From Bacteroidales bacterium (GTDB lineage: Bacteria; Bacteroidota; Bacteroidia; Bacteroidales; VadinHA17), in NCBI GenBank assembly GCA_017999895.1, contig JAGNKY010000012.1, positions 4,308 to 68,307 of the forward strand: a stretch of DNA of 64,000 nucleotides, given 5' to 3'. Below, piece by piece: positions 38,368 to 47,626 of the stretch. Below the pieces are notes generated by a model. It did no database searches. It was not told where the DNA came from and saw nothing but the letters and a program-made list of their open reading frames with translations. Position 1 is the first letter of the stretch. Each line of letters starts with the position of its first letter. A program made the position numbers and the translations under genes.

Positions 38368-41300
38368 TTAGAAATTAAACTTCACACCTCCGGAGATTGT
38401 CCTGAACAGGGGATAATTTGTAACACCTGAGTTAATAGATTCCGGATCGACATCTTTCACTTTAGAAATTGTAAGGAGGTTGGCGCCTCTCAGATAAATA
38501 CGTAAACCACGTCCCCCCATAAACGTTAATGATTTTGGTGGCACAATATATGCAAGCTCCACATTTTGAATCTTGAAGTAACCTCCCTTAACCAGCCAGA
38601 AATCTGATGTAATAAAATTGTTATTAACTTTGTAATAAGTAAGTCGTGGATATTTACCCCCTATATTATCTTTTACAAAGTTTGAATAATTATTATCACC
38701 CCATCCGTTCCAGTAGTAAACATTTGTAAGGGCCAGATCGTAGAAAGCTCTGCCTGCTCCGGTAATCCAAAATTCAATATTTCCAAATCTTACCGTTGCA
38801 TCTATACCATAATACATTCTGGGTGATGAATGTCCAACCATTGACTGGTCGTTATCATCCACAAAACCGTCATTATTCAGATCTGCATATTTAAGATCGC
38901 CGGCTTTTAATTTAGCATCAAATAATTGCGGAATAAGTTTTGTTTCGGCATCGGTTGTAAATTTACCCAGATATGTCAAGCCAAAGATTGCATCCGATGG
39001 TTTACCTGTTCTTTTCTGGTATTCATATCTGTAATTCGGTTCATCATATTTAAGCCTTTTCTCCATTCCGGTTGTTATATTACCACCGATAGTAAATGTT
39101 ACTTTTCCTATTTTTTGTGTGAAATTAAGATCGGTTAGCAAATAATTACCCTGGGTTTTTGTGTAATTATACCACGGTCTCGCGCCCTGAAGTCCTACCA
39201 CATAAGGGAGCACATTTGAAACCTGAACTATAACTCCATCGTCAATATAATGTTGGTAAGTCATTTCCAGAGAGAGGCTCTTATTAAATAATAGTGCATC
39301 GAAGCCTGCATTGAATTCTTTAAAGACTTCCCATCCGAGGTCGGGATTTCCTATTCTTTGCGGACTGGTTCTTGGTACATTTGCATCGGTTGTGCTTCCA
39401 AACCATTGATTGCTTGAGTATGCACCGAAAGCCGAACCTGATGTATTTACACTTAACCTGTCAATATAATAGAAAGGAGATATGAAAGTTTCTACTCCAA
39501 GCTGACCATACTGTGTTCTAAGTTTCAGAAAGTCAATAAAGTTAATGTTCGACATAAAATTTTCCTCAGAAATGACCCAGCTTAATCCGGCTGATGGAAA
39601 TAGGCGATATCTGTTTTCTTTAGCAAACCGGTCGCTTCCTGCATAGGTAAGAACCAGTTCGGCAGAGTATCTATCTTTCAAAGAATACATCGAATGCCAG
39701 ATGATATTAGCCTGCCGTTCAGGTTCCTCGACACCGTTTTTAAATGTCTTCCCACCGTAGAATACAAGGTTTGACTCAATCAGATGATCTCCAAATCTGT
39801 TGTTATATTCCAGTTTTTCATAAAAACCATATCTCTGGTAATAATAGTCCATGAGCTTCGACTCGCTTGTTTGATTTGCCGAAGTATGTGAAGATGATTT
39901 TGAAAGCAATATTGTATCTTTTCCTGTATAAGGGCTTATGGAAGGTGACACAAGATATGCATCATAGTCTTCGACTTGACCTGACCGCACAACATTGTAA
40001 ATATTAAATCCGAAGAATGTTTTTGATTTCAAGCCCGGAACAAACTTTCCGATGTCAAAATCGAGTGAGATACTCGAAGCGCCAAGACGTCCGACGTCCT
40101 TATAATAGCCCTGGCTTACCAGGTTTCCAATTGGGTTATTGGTATAGTTTGAAGAAATGCCATACCAAGGTATACCTGTTTCTTCGTCATAATGAGCATA
40201 AACTGGAAAAGCAACAGGAGGAACAGTGATAATATCACTTAGAACACTGGGCATTTCAAGGAGGCTCAATACCGGGTTAGTGTTTGAGTCTTCCGATGTG
40301 AAATCAGGGTCGTATCCATAATTAGGTGAACGCCTGATTGAAATATTGCCGTAAAAACTGAGGCTTGTGGAAAATAAGTCATTAATTTTCACATCAACAT
40401 TTTGTCGGGTACTTATCAAGTTATAATCCGCTTTAGCGCCAATTTTATATATATCTCCCTCATTGTTGTAACCTATAAAAGAATAATACTGCACTATATC
40501 GTTTCCTCCAGAGGCCGATATATTTGCCCGCATGAAAGGTGTGTTATTTTTTAACATCATCTCTCGAAAGTTAACGCTTGGGTATTTTTTGTCGTAAGGA
40601 TCATTTTTTGCATAAGCGGAAATAGCTTCTTCGGTATAATTAGGAGTAAGACCGTCATTGATTCGGGCCTGGTTATTAAGTCTTGCATAATCCGCGCCTC
40701 CAACCCAGCCTGGCATACGGTCGACAGTATTTAAACCTCTTTCTATATTTACATCGAGAATTCTCTCATTGGCATATCCACGTTTAGTTGTGATGAAGAG
40801 AAATCCGTTCTTGGCAGCAACTGGGCCGAACATTGCAGAGGCAAGTGTGCCTTTATTAACGGTAATAGACTCAATTTCCGATGCATTAAGGGCCACTTCT
40901 GAAAGGTCGGTATAAATTCCGTCAACAATTGCTATGGGTATGTTTGAAAATTTACTTGTTGCACCAAACGAACCAAGTTTTTCCTGAGCATTTGGTCCAG
41001 GCCAACCATAAAGTTCTCTTACATCCATTCCTGAAGTAAGCCCTGTTAATGAGGCTCTTATGTCGTTTGAAGGATATTTTTCAAGACTTGAAGCCTGGAT
41101 TATAGTTTCCGGCCCCGTTATCTGTCGTTTATAGAGATTGGTAAAAGGAAGAGCTACCATATCGGCACTCGTCATAAAAAGTTTTGACCTGACAAGTGTT
41201 ACTGTATTATTCTGCAACAGGTTTGTAACAATCGAAACATTTTTTTCAAATGCAGGAGAAGTAATTGTAACTACATTTTCAGGATGAGCCCTGAATGTAA

Positions 41301-41526
41301 CAGAGCCGTTAGAATCAGTTTCTGTATAAATTACTCCTTCACCAACAACCACTCTGGCACCGGGCACAGGGTTTCCTGAGTCGTCAACAACCTTAATCGT
41401 AATATCAATAGTCTGCCTTACTCTTCTTTCTCTCTGTGCCTGTCCATAAGTATTTGATATTGCAAGCACAAGAATAAGGAAAAAACTTGCAAATCTGAAT
41501 TTTTGAAATATATTATACAATTGCAT
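38368..41526 (-). CDS. susC: SusC/RagA-family TonB-dependent outer-membrane transporter
   Basis: 1052 aa. It has a signal, a carboxypeptidase-regulatory-like domain (IKVVDDSGNPVPGARVVVGEG), a plug and a barrel, and a terminal ...GGVKFNF typical of the family. Confidence 0.9.
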   Translation of the reverse strand: MQLYNIFQKFRFASFFLILVLAISNTYGQAQRERRVRQTIDITIKVVDDSGNPVPGARVVVGEGVIYTETDSNGSVTFRAHPENVVTITSPAFEKNVSIVTNLLQNNTVTLVRSKLFMTSADMVALPFTNLYKRQITGPETIIQASSLEKYPSNDIRASLTGLTSGMDVRELYGWPGPNAQEKLGSFGATSKFSNIPIAIVDGIYTDLSEVALNASEIESITVNKGTLASAMFGPVAAKNGFLFITTKRGYANERILDVNIERGLNTVDRMPGWVGGADYARLNNQARINDGLTPNYTEEAISAYAKNDPYDKKYPSVNFREMMLKNNTPFMRANISASGGNDIVQYYSFIGYNNEGDIYKIGAKADYNLISTRQNVDVKINDLFSTSLSFYGNISIRRSPNYGYDPDFTSEDSNTNPVLSLLEMPSVLSDIITVPPVAFPVYAHYDEETGIPWYGISSNYTNNPIGNLVSQGYYKDVGRLGASSISLDFDIGKFVPGLKSKTFFGFNIYNVVRSGQVEDYDAYLVSPSISPYTGKDTILLSKSSSHTSANQTSESKLMDYYYQRYGFYEKLEYNNRFGDHLIESNLVFYGGKTFKNGVEEPERQANIIWHSMYSLKDRYSAELVLTYAGSDRFAKENRYRLFPSAGLSWVISEENFMSNINFIDFLKLRTQYGQLGVETFISPFYYIDRLSVNTSGSAFGAYSSNQWFGSTTDANVPRTSPQRIGNPDLGWEVFKEFNAGFDALLFNKSLSLEMTYQHYIDDGVIVQVSNVLPYVVGLQGARPWYNYTKTQGNYLLTDLNFTQKIGKVTFTIGGNITTGMEKRLKYDEPNYRYEYQKRTGKPSDAIFGLTYLGKFTTDAETKLIPQLFDAKLKAGDLKYADLNNDGFVDDNDQSMVGHSSPRMYYGIDATVRFGNIEFWITGAGRAFYDLALTNVYYWNGWGDNNYSNFVKDNIGGKYPRLTYYKVNNNFITSDFWLVKGGYFKIQNVELAYIVPPKSLTFMGGRGLRIYLRGANLLTISKVKDVDPESINSGVTNYPLFRTISGGVKFNF

Positions 41527-41549
41527 AGCCGTAAGTATTAATAATTATT

Positions 41550-43388
41550 TTACCAGACTTCATTAGGTTCGAATTTTCTCATTTTGAAATTATCCACTAT
41601 ATTGAAAGGCAGATAATACATAGCCGGTTTCCATGAAGGTTGCCGATCGGCTCCCAGAGGCATACGTGTATATTTGAAACCTGTAGGGTATTGCGCTGAC
41701 ATAGTTACTTTTTCTATATCCATCCCGATAAGTGTGCTGGAATAGCATTGCGGAGCATCTTTCCAGCGTCGTATATCAAAGTAATAATGTCCTTCCCAGC
41801 TAAGTTCCACATTTCGTTCATTTTTAATCCTGTCCCTGAAAATCTCTTTAGATACCGTATATTGTGGCAGGACATTAACCTGGCCAACTCTATTTCTTAC
41901 TACATTGATTGCCTCCACCGCATTTAAGTCGGCCCCCGGAACACCTATTTCAGTAGGTCCGTAAGCTTCGTTCGAAGCTTCTGCATAATTCAGATAAAGT
42001 TCAGCAAGTCTGATAAGTGGATCTGTATGCAAAACATTAACTTTATTCCTCTCACTGTTATTGGCCCAGTTTTTACGAAGGTAATAACCGGTTTTAGTTA
42101 TTCCAAGAAAACTCTGGTCGAGTAGTTCTGAATATGTATTTCCCTGTCTCCATATCTGTGCTTTACCGGCTGTCCAGCCTATACAGGGCGACTGATTTGT
42201 AATCACATCGAGTGCAAGACGAGGATCTCTGTTAGTATATGGATCTTGTTCGTTATAATGACCTGCAGCTATTGCAGCATCTCTATCGGCCTGTGTATTA
42301 AGTGCCTCCCCGAAACTTGTTTCATATTTATCAACAAAATTCTGAGTTGGGCATACACCCGACCATGATGATTTGCTCGCACCGAACACGCCGTTGTATA
42401 ATCCTGCAAAATCGCCGCTGTTCCATGCTCGAGAACCTGTGTAATAGGCCCATATCTGTTCATTGGAATACTGGACTCCATAAAAGTTTCTGAAACGGTC
42501 GGCAATCGGTAGAAGTTCATATTTATTGGCAAGAGCCAATTGAATTGCTTCCCACGATGCAGCAGCGGCAGCCTCCCATGCAGCTTGTCCAGCAACATTA
42601 TTCAAGGGGCTTGCTGCATATAAGAGAACCCTCGATTTTAGGGCTTTAGCTGCTACACCATTTGGAGCCCTCTGGTCAGGGTCGGCAAGGTGACCTGGAA
42701 GGCCCGGGCCCGGATCACGACGAACCTTACCTGCTCTTTCAAAGAAAAAATAAGCCGAATCAAGATCTTTTGCAATCTGCATACAGGTTTCATAATTTGA
42801 AAGCCTTGGTATGTCCCATTCATCATCAGCACCAATAACATAAGTTAAATAAGGCATCCTCCCCCATATTTTAAAGAAAGTGAAATGACAATAAGCTCTT
42901 ATAAAATGCATCTGACCACGCAAGTCATCTTTGTCCTGCTGAGTAGCATCCTGTAAAAGATCTAGCTTTCTGAGAGCTATATTGCATATCCTTATATCCA
43001 TGAACATTGATTTAAGAATAGGACGCCGGTTGCCGTCATTTATAAACTTATCAACAAAGCCAATAACAGAACCTGCCTTGAAATTATGACCTTCCATGTA
43101 ACGTCCCTGGTCGGCTGCGTCGGTTATTCCTTCCCATGTATATTTCTGATCCCAGTAATCAAAATAAAGTGGATGTGCATTTTTGATGTTGAAATCACGC
43201 CAGTTGTTATTGTACAGCGACTGTCCTTCATAAACAGCATTGAAAAACAACTTGAAATTTGTTATTTTTGACCATATATCGCTTTCCTTAATTCCTTCTT
43301 CAGGTGCTTTGTCGAGGTATTCCTCACAAGAAGTCTGAAAAATAAGACCCACACTAAGAAGTGCCAGTATATATAAGTACTTTTTCAT
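41550..43388 (-). CDS. susD: SusD/RagB-family nutrient-binding lipoprotein
   Basis: 612 aa. The lipoprotein signal is LIFQTSC. The C-terminal motif is YFDIRRW. It lies downstream of a SusC. Confidence 0.85.
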   Translation of the reverse strand: MKKYLYILALLSVGLIFQTSCEEYLDKAPEEGIKESDIWSKITNFKLFFNAVYEGQSLYNNNWRDFNIKNAHPLYFDYWDQKYTWEGITDAADQGRYMEGHNFKAGSVIGFVDKFINDGNRRPILKSMFMDIRICNIALRKLDLLQDATQQDKDDLRGQMHFIRAYCHFTFFKIWGRMPYLTYVIGADDEWDIPRLSNYETCMQIAKDLDSAYFFFERAGKVRRDPGPGLPGHLADPDQRAPNGVAAKALKSRVLLYAASPLNNVAGQAAWEAAAAASWEAIQLALANKYELLPIADRFRNFYGVQYSNEQIWAYYTGSRAWNSGDFAGLYNGVFGASKSSWSGVCPTQNFVDKYETSFGEALNTQADRDAAIAAGHYNEQDPYTNRDPRLALDVITNQSPCIGWTAGKAQIWRQGNTYSELLDQSFLGITKTGYYLRKNWANNSERNKVNVLHTDPLIRLAELYLNYAEASNEAYGPTEIGVPGADLNAVEAINVVRNRVGQVNVLPQYTVSKEIFRDRIKNERNVELSWEGHYYFDIRRWKDAPQCYSSTLIGMDIEKVTMSAQYPTGFKYTRMPLGADRQPSWKPAMYYLPFNIVDNFKMRKFEPNEVW

Positions 43389-43408
43389 ATTTATTAATCA
43401 GTTTAAAG

Positions 43409-46400
43409 TCAGAAATTAAGTTTAACTCCCAATCGTACCGAAGCTATAATTGGATAAAATCCCTGTTGGAAATTTGTGGCTTCAGGGTCGCCTTCAGGTA
43501 GTTTAGTCAGTGTAAAAAGGTTATTCCCTGTCACATAAACCACAAAGTTTGAGATACCAAGGCTATTCTTAAGTGCACCAGGTCTAATCGTATAACTTAA
43601 ATACACATCTTTCAGACGAAGGTAATTTGCTTTCCTGAAGAACCTGTTTTCGATCATTATCTGGTAACCTCTGTCGGCTTCGCCGCCACCCCAGAACAAT
43701 ATTGGCGAACTTGAACTACCTGCATAGTGTAATGTAGAGTGGTTAGCATCCTGGTTTACAGGTGTCCAGTAATCAAGTTGAGATTTATGGACACGCCAGT
43801 CACCTTTTATAAACTCAACTTCATAAAGCTGGTTATACTGCACATATTTTCCATAATTACCTGAGAAGAGGAAATTGAAATCGAAGTTTTTCCATGTGAA
43901 CCCGCTTCCTAATGAATAAACTATCGGAGGATATGTCAATCCCTTTATCGGATATTTATCGCCCGCCGGAGTGACAGCTCCGTCGGCATCAAAGTCGAGA
44001 AATTTATAATCCCCTACTCTCAACAGGTTTAATGCTATAGGTGATACATTATTATGAATATCATCAATAGTTGTATAATATCCTGTACCTGTAAGCTGGA
44101 CGCCATTTATTTCAGTACCTTCAACACCTGCTTCAGCGAACATCATTGAAGTAAGAGGTTTACCTTCTTGCTTTCTATGTTCGGGTGCATAAGGTTCATC
44201 ATCCTTGAATAATACTCTGTTTTCGTTTGCAGAAAACATACCTCTTATAAAATATGTAAAATTGGGATTGACTGTTTTTCTAAATTCGAGTTCGGCCTCG
44301 ATTCCATGTTTTTTCATTTTTCCAAGATTTAATTCCTTGAAGCTGTTACCTACAAGGAATGTGACACTCTTGGGAGTAAGAAGCATTTTATCGCGGTATT
44401 CATCAAACAAATCAACATTAAGAGTGATCAAATTTTTAAAAAGTCCGATTTCAATGCCAAGATCTCTTTTATGAGCTCTTTCCCATTGTGCCCGCGTATT
44501 GGCTCCGAGGTCCTCACGGATATAACCTCTTGCATCCTTATAATATGAGCTTGTATATAGCCATCTGCTTCTTGCATAGTCGCTTCCTACATAGCCGTCG
44601 GAGTACCGTAATTTTAGTCTGTTTACCCAGGGAACTGCTGCTTTGAAAAAGTTTTCTTCGGATACAACCCATCCAATAGCAATTGACGGGAAGGTACCGA
44701 ATCTGTTAGCAGGAGCGAATCTCTCAGAACCAGTATAGCCTATATTAAATTCGAACAAGTATTTTCTGTCAAAGTCGTAAGTTGCTCTTCCAACCCATGC
44801 TTCATTATAATAAGGGAAGTCTGTCTCCTGATTTTTTTCCTGTCTGTTAAAAAGTCCGAGACCCGATATACTATGCTTTCCGAAAGTCCTGGCATAATTA
44901 ACTGATGCCTCATAATACAGGTCTCTGTAGTAGCCGCTATTAAGGCCGCCCACGTTGATGTCGTACGGTCCGAGTTTGTAGTATTCATTACCTTCACCCG
45001 CTCTGTACCATGGGTTAATCAATCTTCCCGTCGAAGGATTAAACTGCCCCGATTGGGGAATCAAGTCATAATAAAGCTGGTATTCCGGAAAAGTATATGA
45101 AAGTGTAAGTTGTCTGTTGTTATAATATGTACTCAAAGCGACTTTACCATTTACGGAAAGCCCTTCTGTTATCCATCCCAGATCCTGTTTAAACAATAAA
45201 TCTGTAAACAAACGTGAGCCAAGGTCTCTGTTGAAGCTTCCCTGTGTAAGATTTGTATATGGATTGCCTGTATATTCACCAAAAGCCTGTGCCCTCCTCC
45301 AGTTTTTATCCTCAGGATAATCCGGATCAGGAACCATTTCAAGTGCCCATTCAGGGAAGTAAGCCGGGAATCTTGACGGTCCTGTTGAATAAAGGTTACG
45401 CCATGAAGCATTGGACGGAGTATTTTTTGTATTCAGAGAACCGCCTGCATTAAGTGAGATAGTTGTTGTTTTAGTGATACTGAAATCAACATTTATCCTG
45501 TAATTAAACAACTGATTCCAAAACCTCGAGTCCATATAACCCTCTTTCAGACCAATGAAGAATGAACTCTCATGTTGGAATCCAAGATTGAGAAAGTACT
45601 TGGCAAACTCAGTGCCACCTGAGATGTTTAGGCTTGCAACGGCTGTTGGTGAAAATGGATGCGTGCATTCGTCGAACCAGTTAACATTCGGGAATCTCAG
45701 AGAATTAAGAGGAGTTGAAGGATTCTTATATTCCTGTAATTGCCATTCCGGAATAAGTTGCGAGAAATATGTTCCTCCTTCATTCATTAAAGCCACATTA
45801 TACATTGACATGGTTGTATACGAATCAATATGTTCAGGAATTCTTGTTGCCCTCAATAAACCATAAGATAGAGAAAGATCCATTTTTGGTTTACCAAGCG
45901 TGCCGCGTTTTGTAGTTACAAGAATAACGCCATTAGCTCCTTTTGCGCCGAACACAGCTGTTGCAGATGCATCTTTTAGAACGGAAATTGTATTGATTTC
46001 ATTTGGGTCGAGTTGGGAAAAGTCGCGTTCAACACCATCAACAAGAACCAGAGGTGCCGAACCATTCCAGCTTGAAACGCCGCGTACATATATTTCAGCT
46101 GCATTGTTCCCAGGTTCTCCTCTTTGTTGTATTGTAAGTACACCAGAAAGTTTCCCTGCAATTGCATTGGTAATAGTTGCCGCACCTGCTTGCATGAGAG
46201 TGGCATTACTTACCTGAGTTATTGCTCCCACGACACTCTCTTTTTTCTGAACGCCATAACCGACCACCACGACTTCTTCAATTCTTTGCTCTTCTGTTTG
46301 CATCCTGACTGAAACATTTGAACCTGCAGTCACGCTCATTTCCTGAGTTGAATAACCAACGAAAGAAAACTGAAGTACAGCTTCACGTGCCGGCAATACT

Positions 46401-46648
46401 ATCGTAAATTTACCGTTCTCATCGGTTAACCTGCCGGTTGAGGTTCCTTTTACCAGTACTGTCACACCTGCCATGGGCTCACCAGTCGAGGCATCTGTGA
46501 CCGTCCCGGTCACGGTAAATTGTTGTTGTTCTTCAAAGCCGACCGTGATAAAATTCTCATTTGAGATATCGCCGGCTGATACATTCAAATTACCAGTAGT
46601 AAACAAAGTCACTACACAGGTAAAAAATAAAACACACAATTTTGTCAT
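43409..46648 (-). CDS. susC: SusC/RagA-family TonB-dependent outer-membrane transporter (no STN domain)
   Basis: 1079 aa. It has a signal and a carboxypeptidase-regulatory-like domain (VTGTVTDASTGEPMAGVTVLVKGTS). The TonB-linked plug contains VVVGYGVQKK, and the C-terminus reads ...RLGVKLNF. Confidence 0.9.
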   Translation of the reverse strand: MTKLCVLFFTCVVTLFTTGNLNVSAGDISNENFITVGFEEQQQFTVTGTVTDASTGEPMAGVTVLVKGTSTGRLTDENGKFTIVLPAREAVLQFSFVGYSTQEMSVTAGSNVSVRMQTEEQRIEEVVVVGYGVQKKESVVGAITQVSNATLMQAGAATITNAIAGKLSGVLTIQQRGEPGNNAAEIYVRGVSSWNGSAPLVLVDGVERDFSQLDPNEINTISVLKDASATAVFGAKGANGVILVTTKRGTLGKPKMDLSLSYGLLRATRIPEHIDSYTTMSMYNVALMNEGGTYFSQLIPEWQLQEYKNPSTPLNSLRFPNVNWFDECTHPFSPTAVASLNISGGTEFAKYFLNLGFQHESSFFIGLKEGYMDSRFWNQLFNYRINVDFSITKTTTISLNAGGSLNTKNTPSNASWRNLYSTGPSRFPAYFPEWALEMVPDPDYPEDKNWRRAQAFGEYTGNPYTNLTQGSFNRDLGSRLFTDLLFKQDLGWITEGLSVNGKVALSTYYNNRQLTLSYTFPEYQLYYDLIPQSGQFNPSTGRLINPWYRAGEGNEYYKLGPYDINVGGLNSGYYRDLYYEASVNYARTFGKHSISGLGLFNRQEKNQETDFPYYNEAWVGRATYDFDRKYLFEFNIGYTGSERFAPANRFGTFPSIAIGWVVSEENFFKAAVPWVNRLKLRYSDGYVGSDYARSRWLYTSSYYKDARGYIREDLGANTRAQWERAHKRDLGIEIGLFKNLITLNVDLFDEYRDKMLLTPKSVTFLVGNSFKELNLGKMKKHGIEAELEFRKTVNPNFTYFIRGMFSANENRVLFKDDEPYAPEHRKQEGKPLTSMMFAEAGVEGTEINGVQLTGTGYYTTIDDIHNNVSPIALNLLRVGDYKFLDFDADGAVTPAGDKYPIKGLTYPPIVYSLGSGFTWKNFDFNFLFSGNYGKYVQYNQLYEVEFIKGDWRVHKSQLDYWTPVNQDANHSTLHYAGSSSSPILFWGGGEADRGYQIMIENRFFRKANYLRLKDVYLSYTIRPGALKNSLGISNFVVYVTGNNLFTLTKLPEGDPEATNFQQGFYPIIASVRLGVKLNF

Positions 46649-46884
46649 AATTATTGGTTTTAGCTGGTAATTGCCGATAAAGGCAATCTCTGATTTTTTT
46701 TATTCATCTTAGATTGATTAATAATAATGGATTCATTTGCAGGAAATTAAATATCCTGACATTCATGTTGCATCTTTCATAAATCGTTTTAATTAATTGT
46801 TTAAATAATTTTTTTAGGTAGTCGCTTGAAAATATAGCTTTTATGTAATTCTCTTGAAATATTTCGTGTACGTTAACGTACTTT

Positions 46885-46935
46885 GAAATAAAAAACAGAC
46901 TGTATGCTTCCTTTTGTAAGCATAAGCAGTCTGTT
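46885..46935 (-). terminator. Orphan intrinsic-terminator-like hairpin in the SusC upstream region
   Basis: Read on the minus strand: aacagactg-ct-tatgctt acaaaagg aagcata cagtctgtt, followed by ttttatttc. That is a 16-bp stem with a 2-nt bulge, then a U-rich tail. No annotated minus-strand gene ends here. Confidence 0.45.
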
Positions 46936-47428
46936 AAAAATTCCTTTCCGCTTCTTTATTTATATAAGAACGGCTTCATAGGTTCGGTCAGGGTTATCTG
47001 TTCAAAGAGAATATCCTTCGTTCCTGCTGTATTAATCTTTACTGATCAGGTTTGAAAGAAATTCCTTTACAATATTAATAAAAATATTTTAACAAACAAT
47101 AATTTTTTTTAATTTTTTTTAAACTTTTTATAAATATTTGATTTACTTTAATTAATGGGTCTTATTTAAATTTATCTTACTTTAAAATATATGAGTATAC
47201 GACAAAAAACCTTATAAATATGCAAAAACATTCTTTCCAAGTAAAAACTGTTAAAATAATTATCAGGGTTAGGTAAACCGGTCGGCTATGTTCAACAAGA
47301 TTGAAAAAATAATTTTTTAAGCTGTAAGACATATTATATATTATAAGGTATAATTTGATCTATTTTCTTAATTTTATTAAAACATTTTTATCATTTAATA
47401 ATATTTTATAAAAAATTTTATTAAATCC

Positions 47429-47458
47429 TTTGATTTTAAAAAATCATAATTATCTTTG
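47429..47458 (+). promoter_or_regulatory. Candidate Bacteroidota promoter for the ilv-leu leader
   Basis: TTTG (47429..47432) and TAtcTTTG (47451..47458) match the TTTG / TAnnTTTG -33/-7 consensus with an 18-bp spacer. The leader ATG is 20 nt downstream of the -7 box. Confidence 0.4.
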
Positions 47459-47477
47459 CTTTTCAATTGTGATAAAA

Positions 47478-47543
47478 ATGAAGAATTATTTATTACCTGT
47501 TATTTCCCTTATTATCATCCTTCTTCTTAATGGCCGAAGATGA
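47478..47543 (+). CDS. ilv-leu operon leader peptide (21 aa, Leu/Ile/Val-rich)
   Basis: My translation is ATG AAG AAT TAT TTA TTA CCT GTT ATT TCC CTT ATT ATC ATC CTT CTT CTT AAT GGC CGA AGA TGA, giving MKNYLLPVISLIIILLLNGRR. Eleven of the 21 codons are Leu (6), Ile (4) or Val (1). Confidence 0.65.
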   Translation: MKNYLLPVISLIIILLLNGRR

Positions 47544-47591
47544 CCCGGAAATAATTTGTAATAAATTTTGATATTCAGAACTTTCCGGGTC
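47542..47591 (+). promoter_or_regulatory. Antiterminator stem of the leader attenuator
   Basis: gacccggaaa (47542..47551, overlapping the leader stop codon) is the exact reverse complement of tttccgggtc (47582..47591). The second arm overlaps the 5' arm of the terminator, so the two structures are mutually exclusive. Confidence 0.6.
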
Positions 47592-47613
47592 TAATCCGGA
47601 AAGTTCTTTTTTT
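47577..47613 (+). terminator. Attenuator terminator upstream of ilvD
   Basis: A perfect 12-bp stem, agaactttccgg (47577..47588) with ccggaaagttct (47596..47607), has a 7-nt loop and is followed by a T run. It ends 13 nt before the ilvD ATG. Confidence 0.75.
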
Positions 47614-47626
47614 ATATAAAAAGGTT

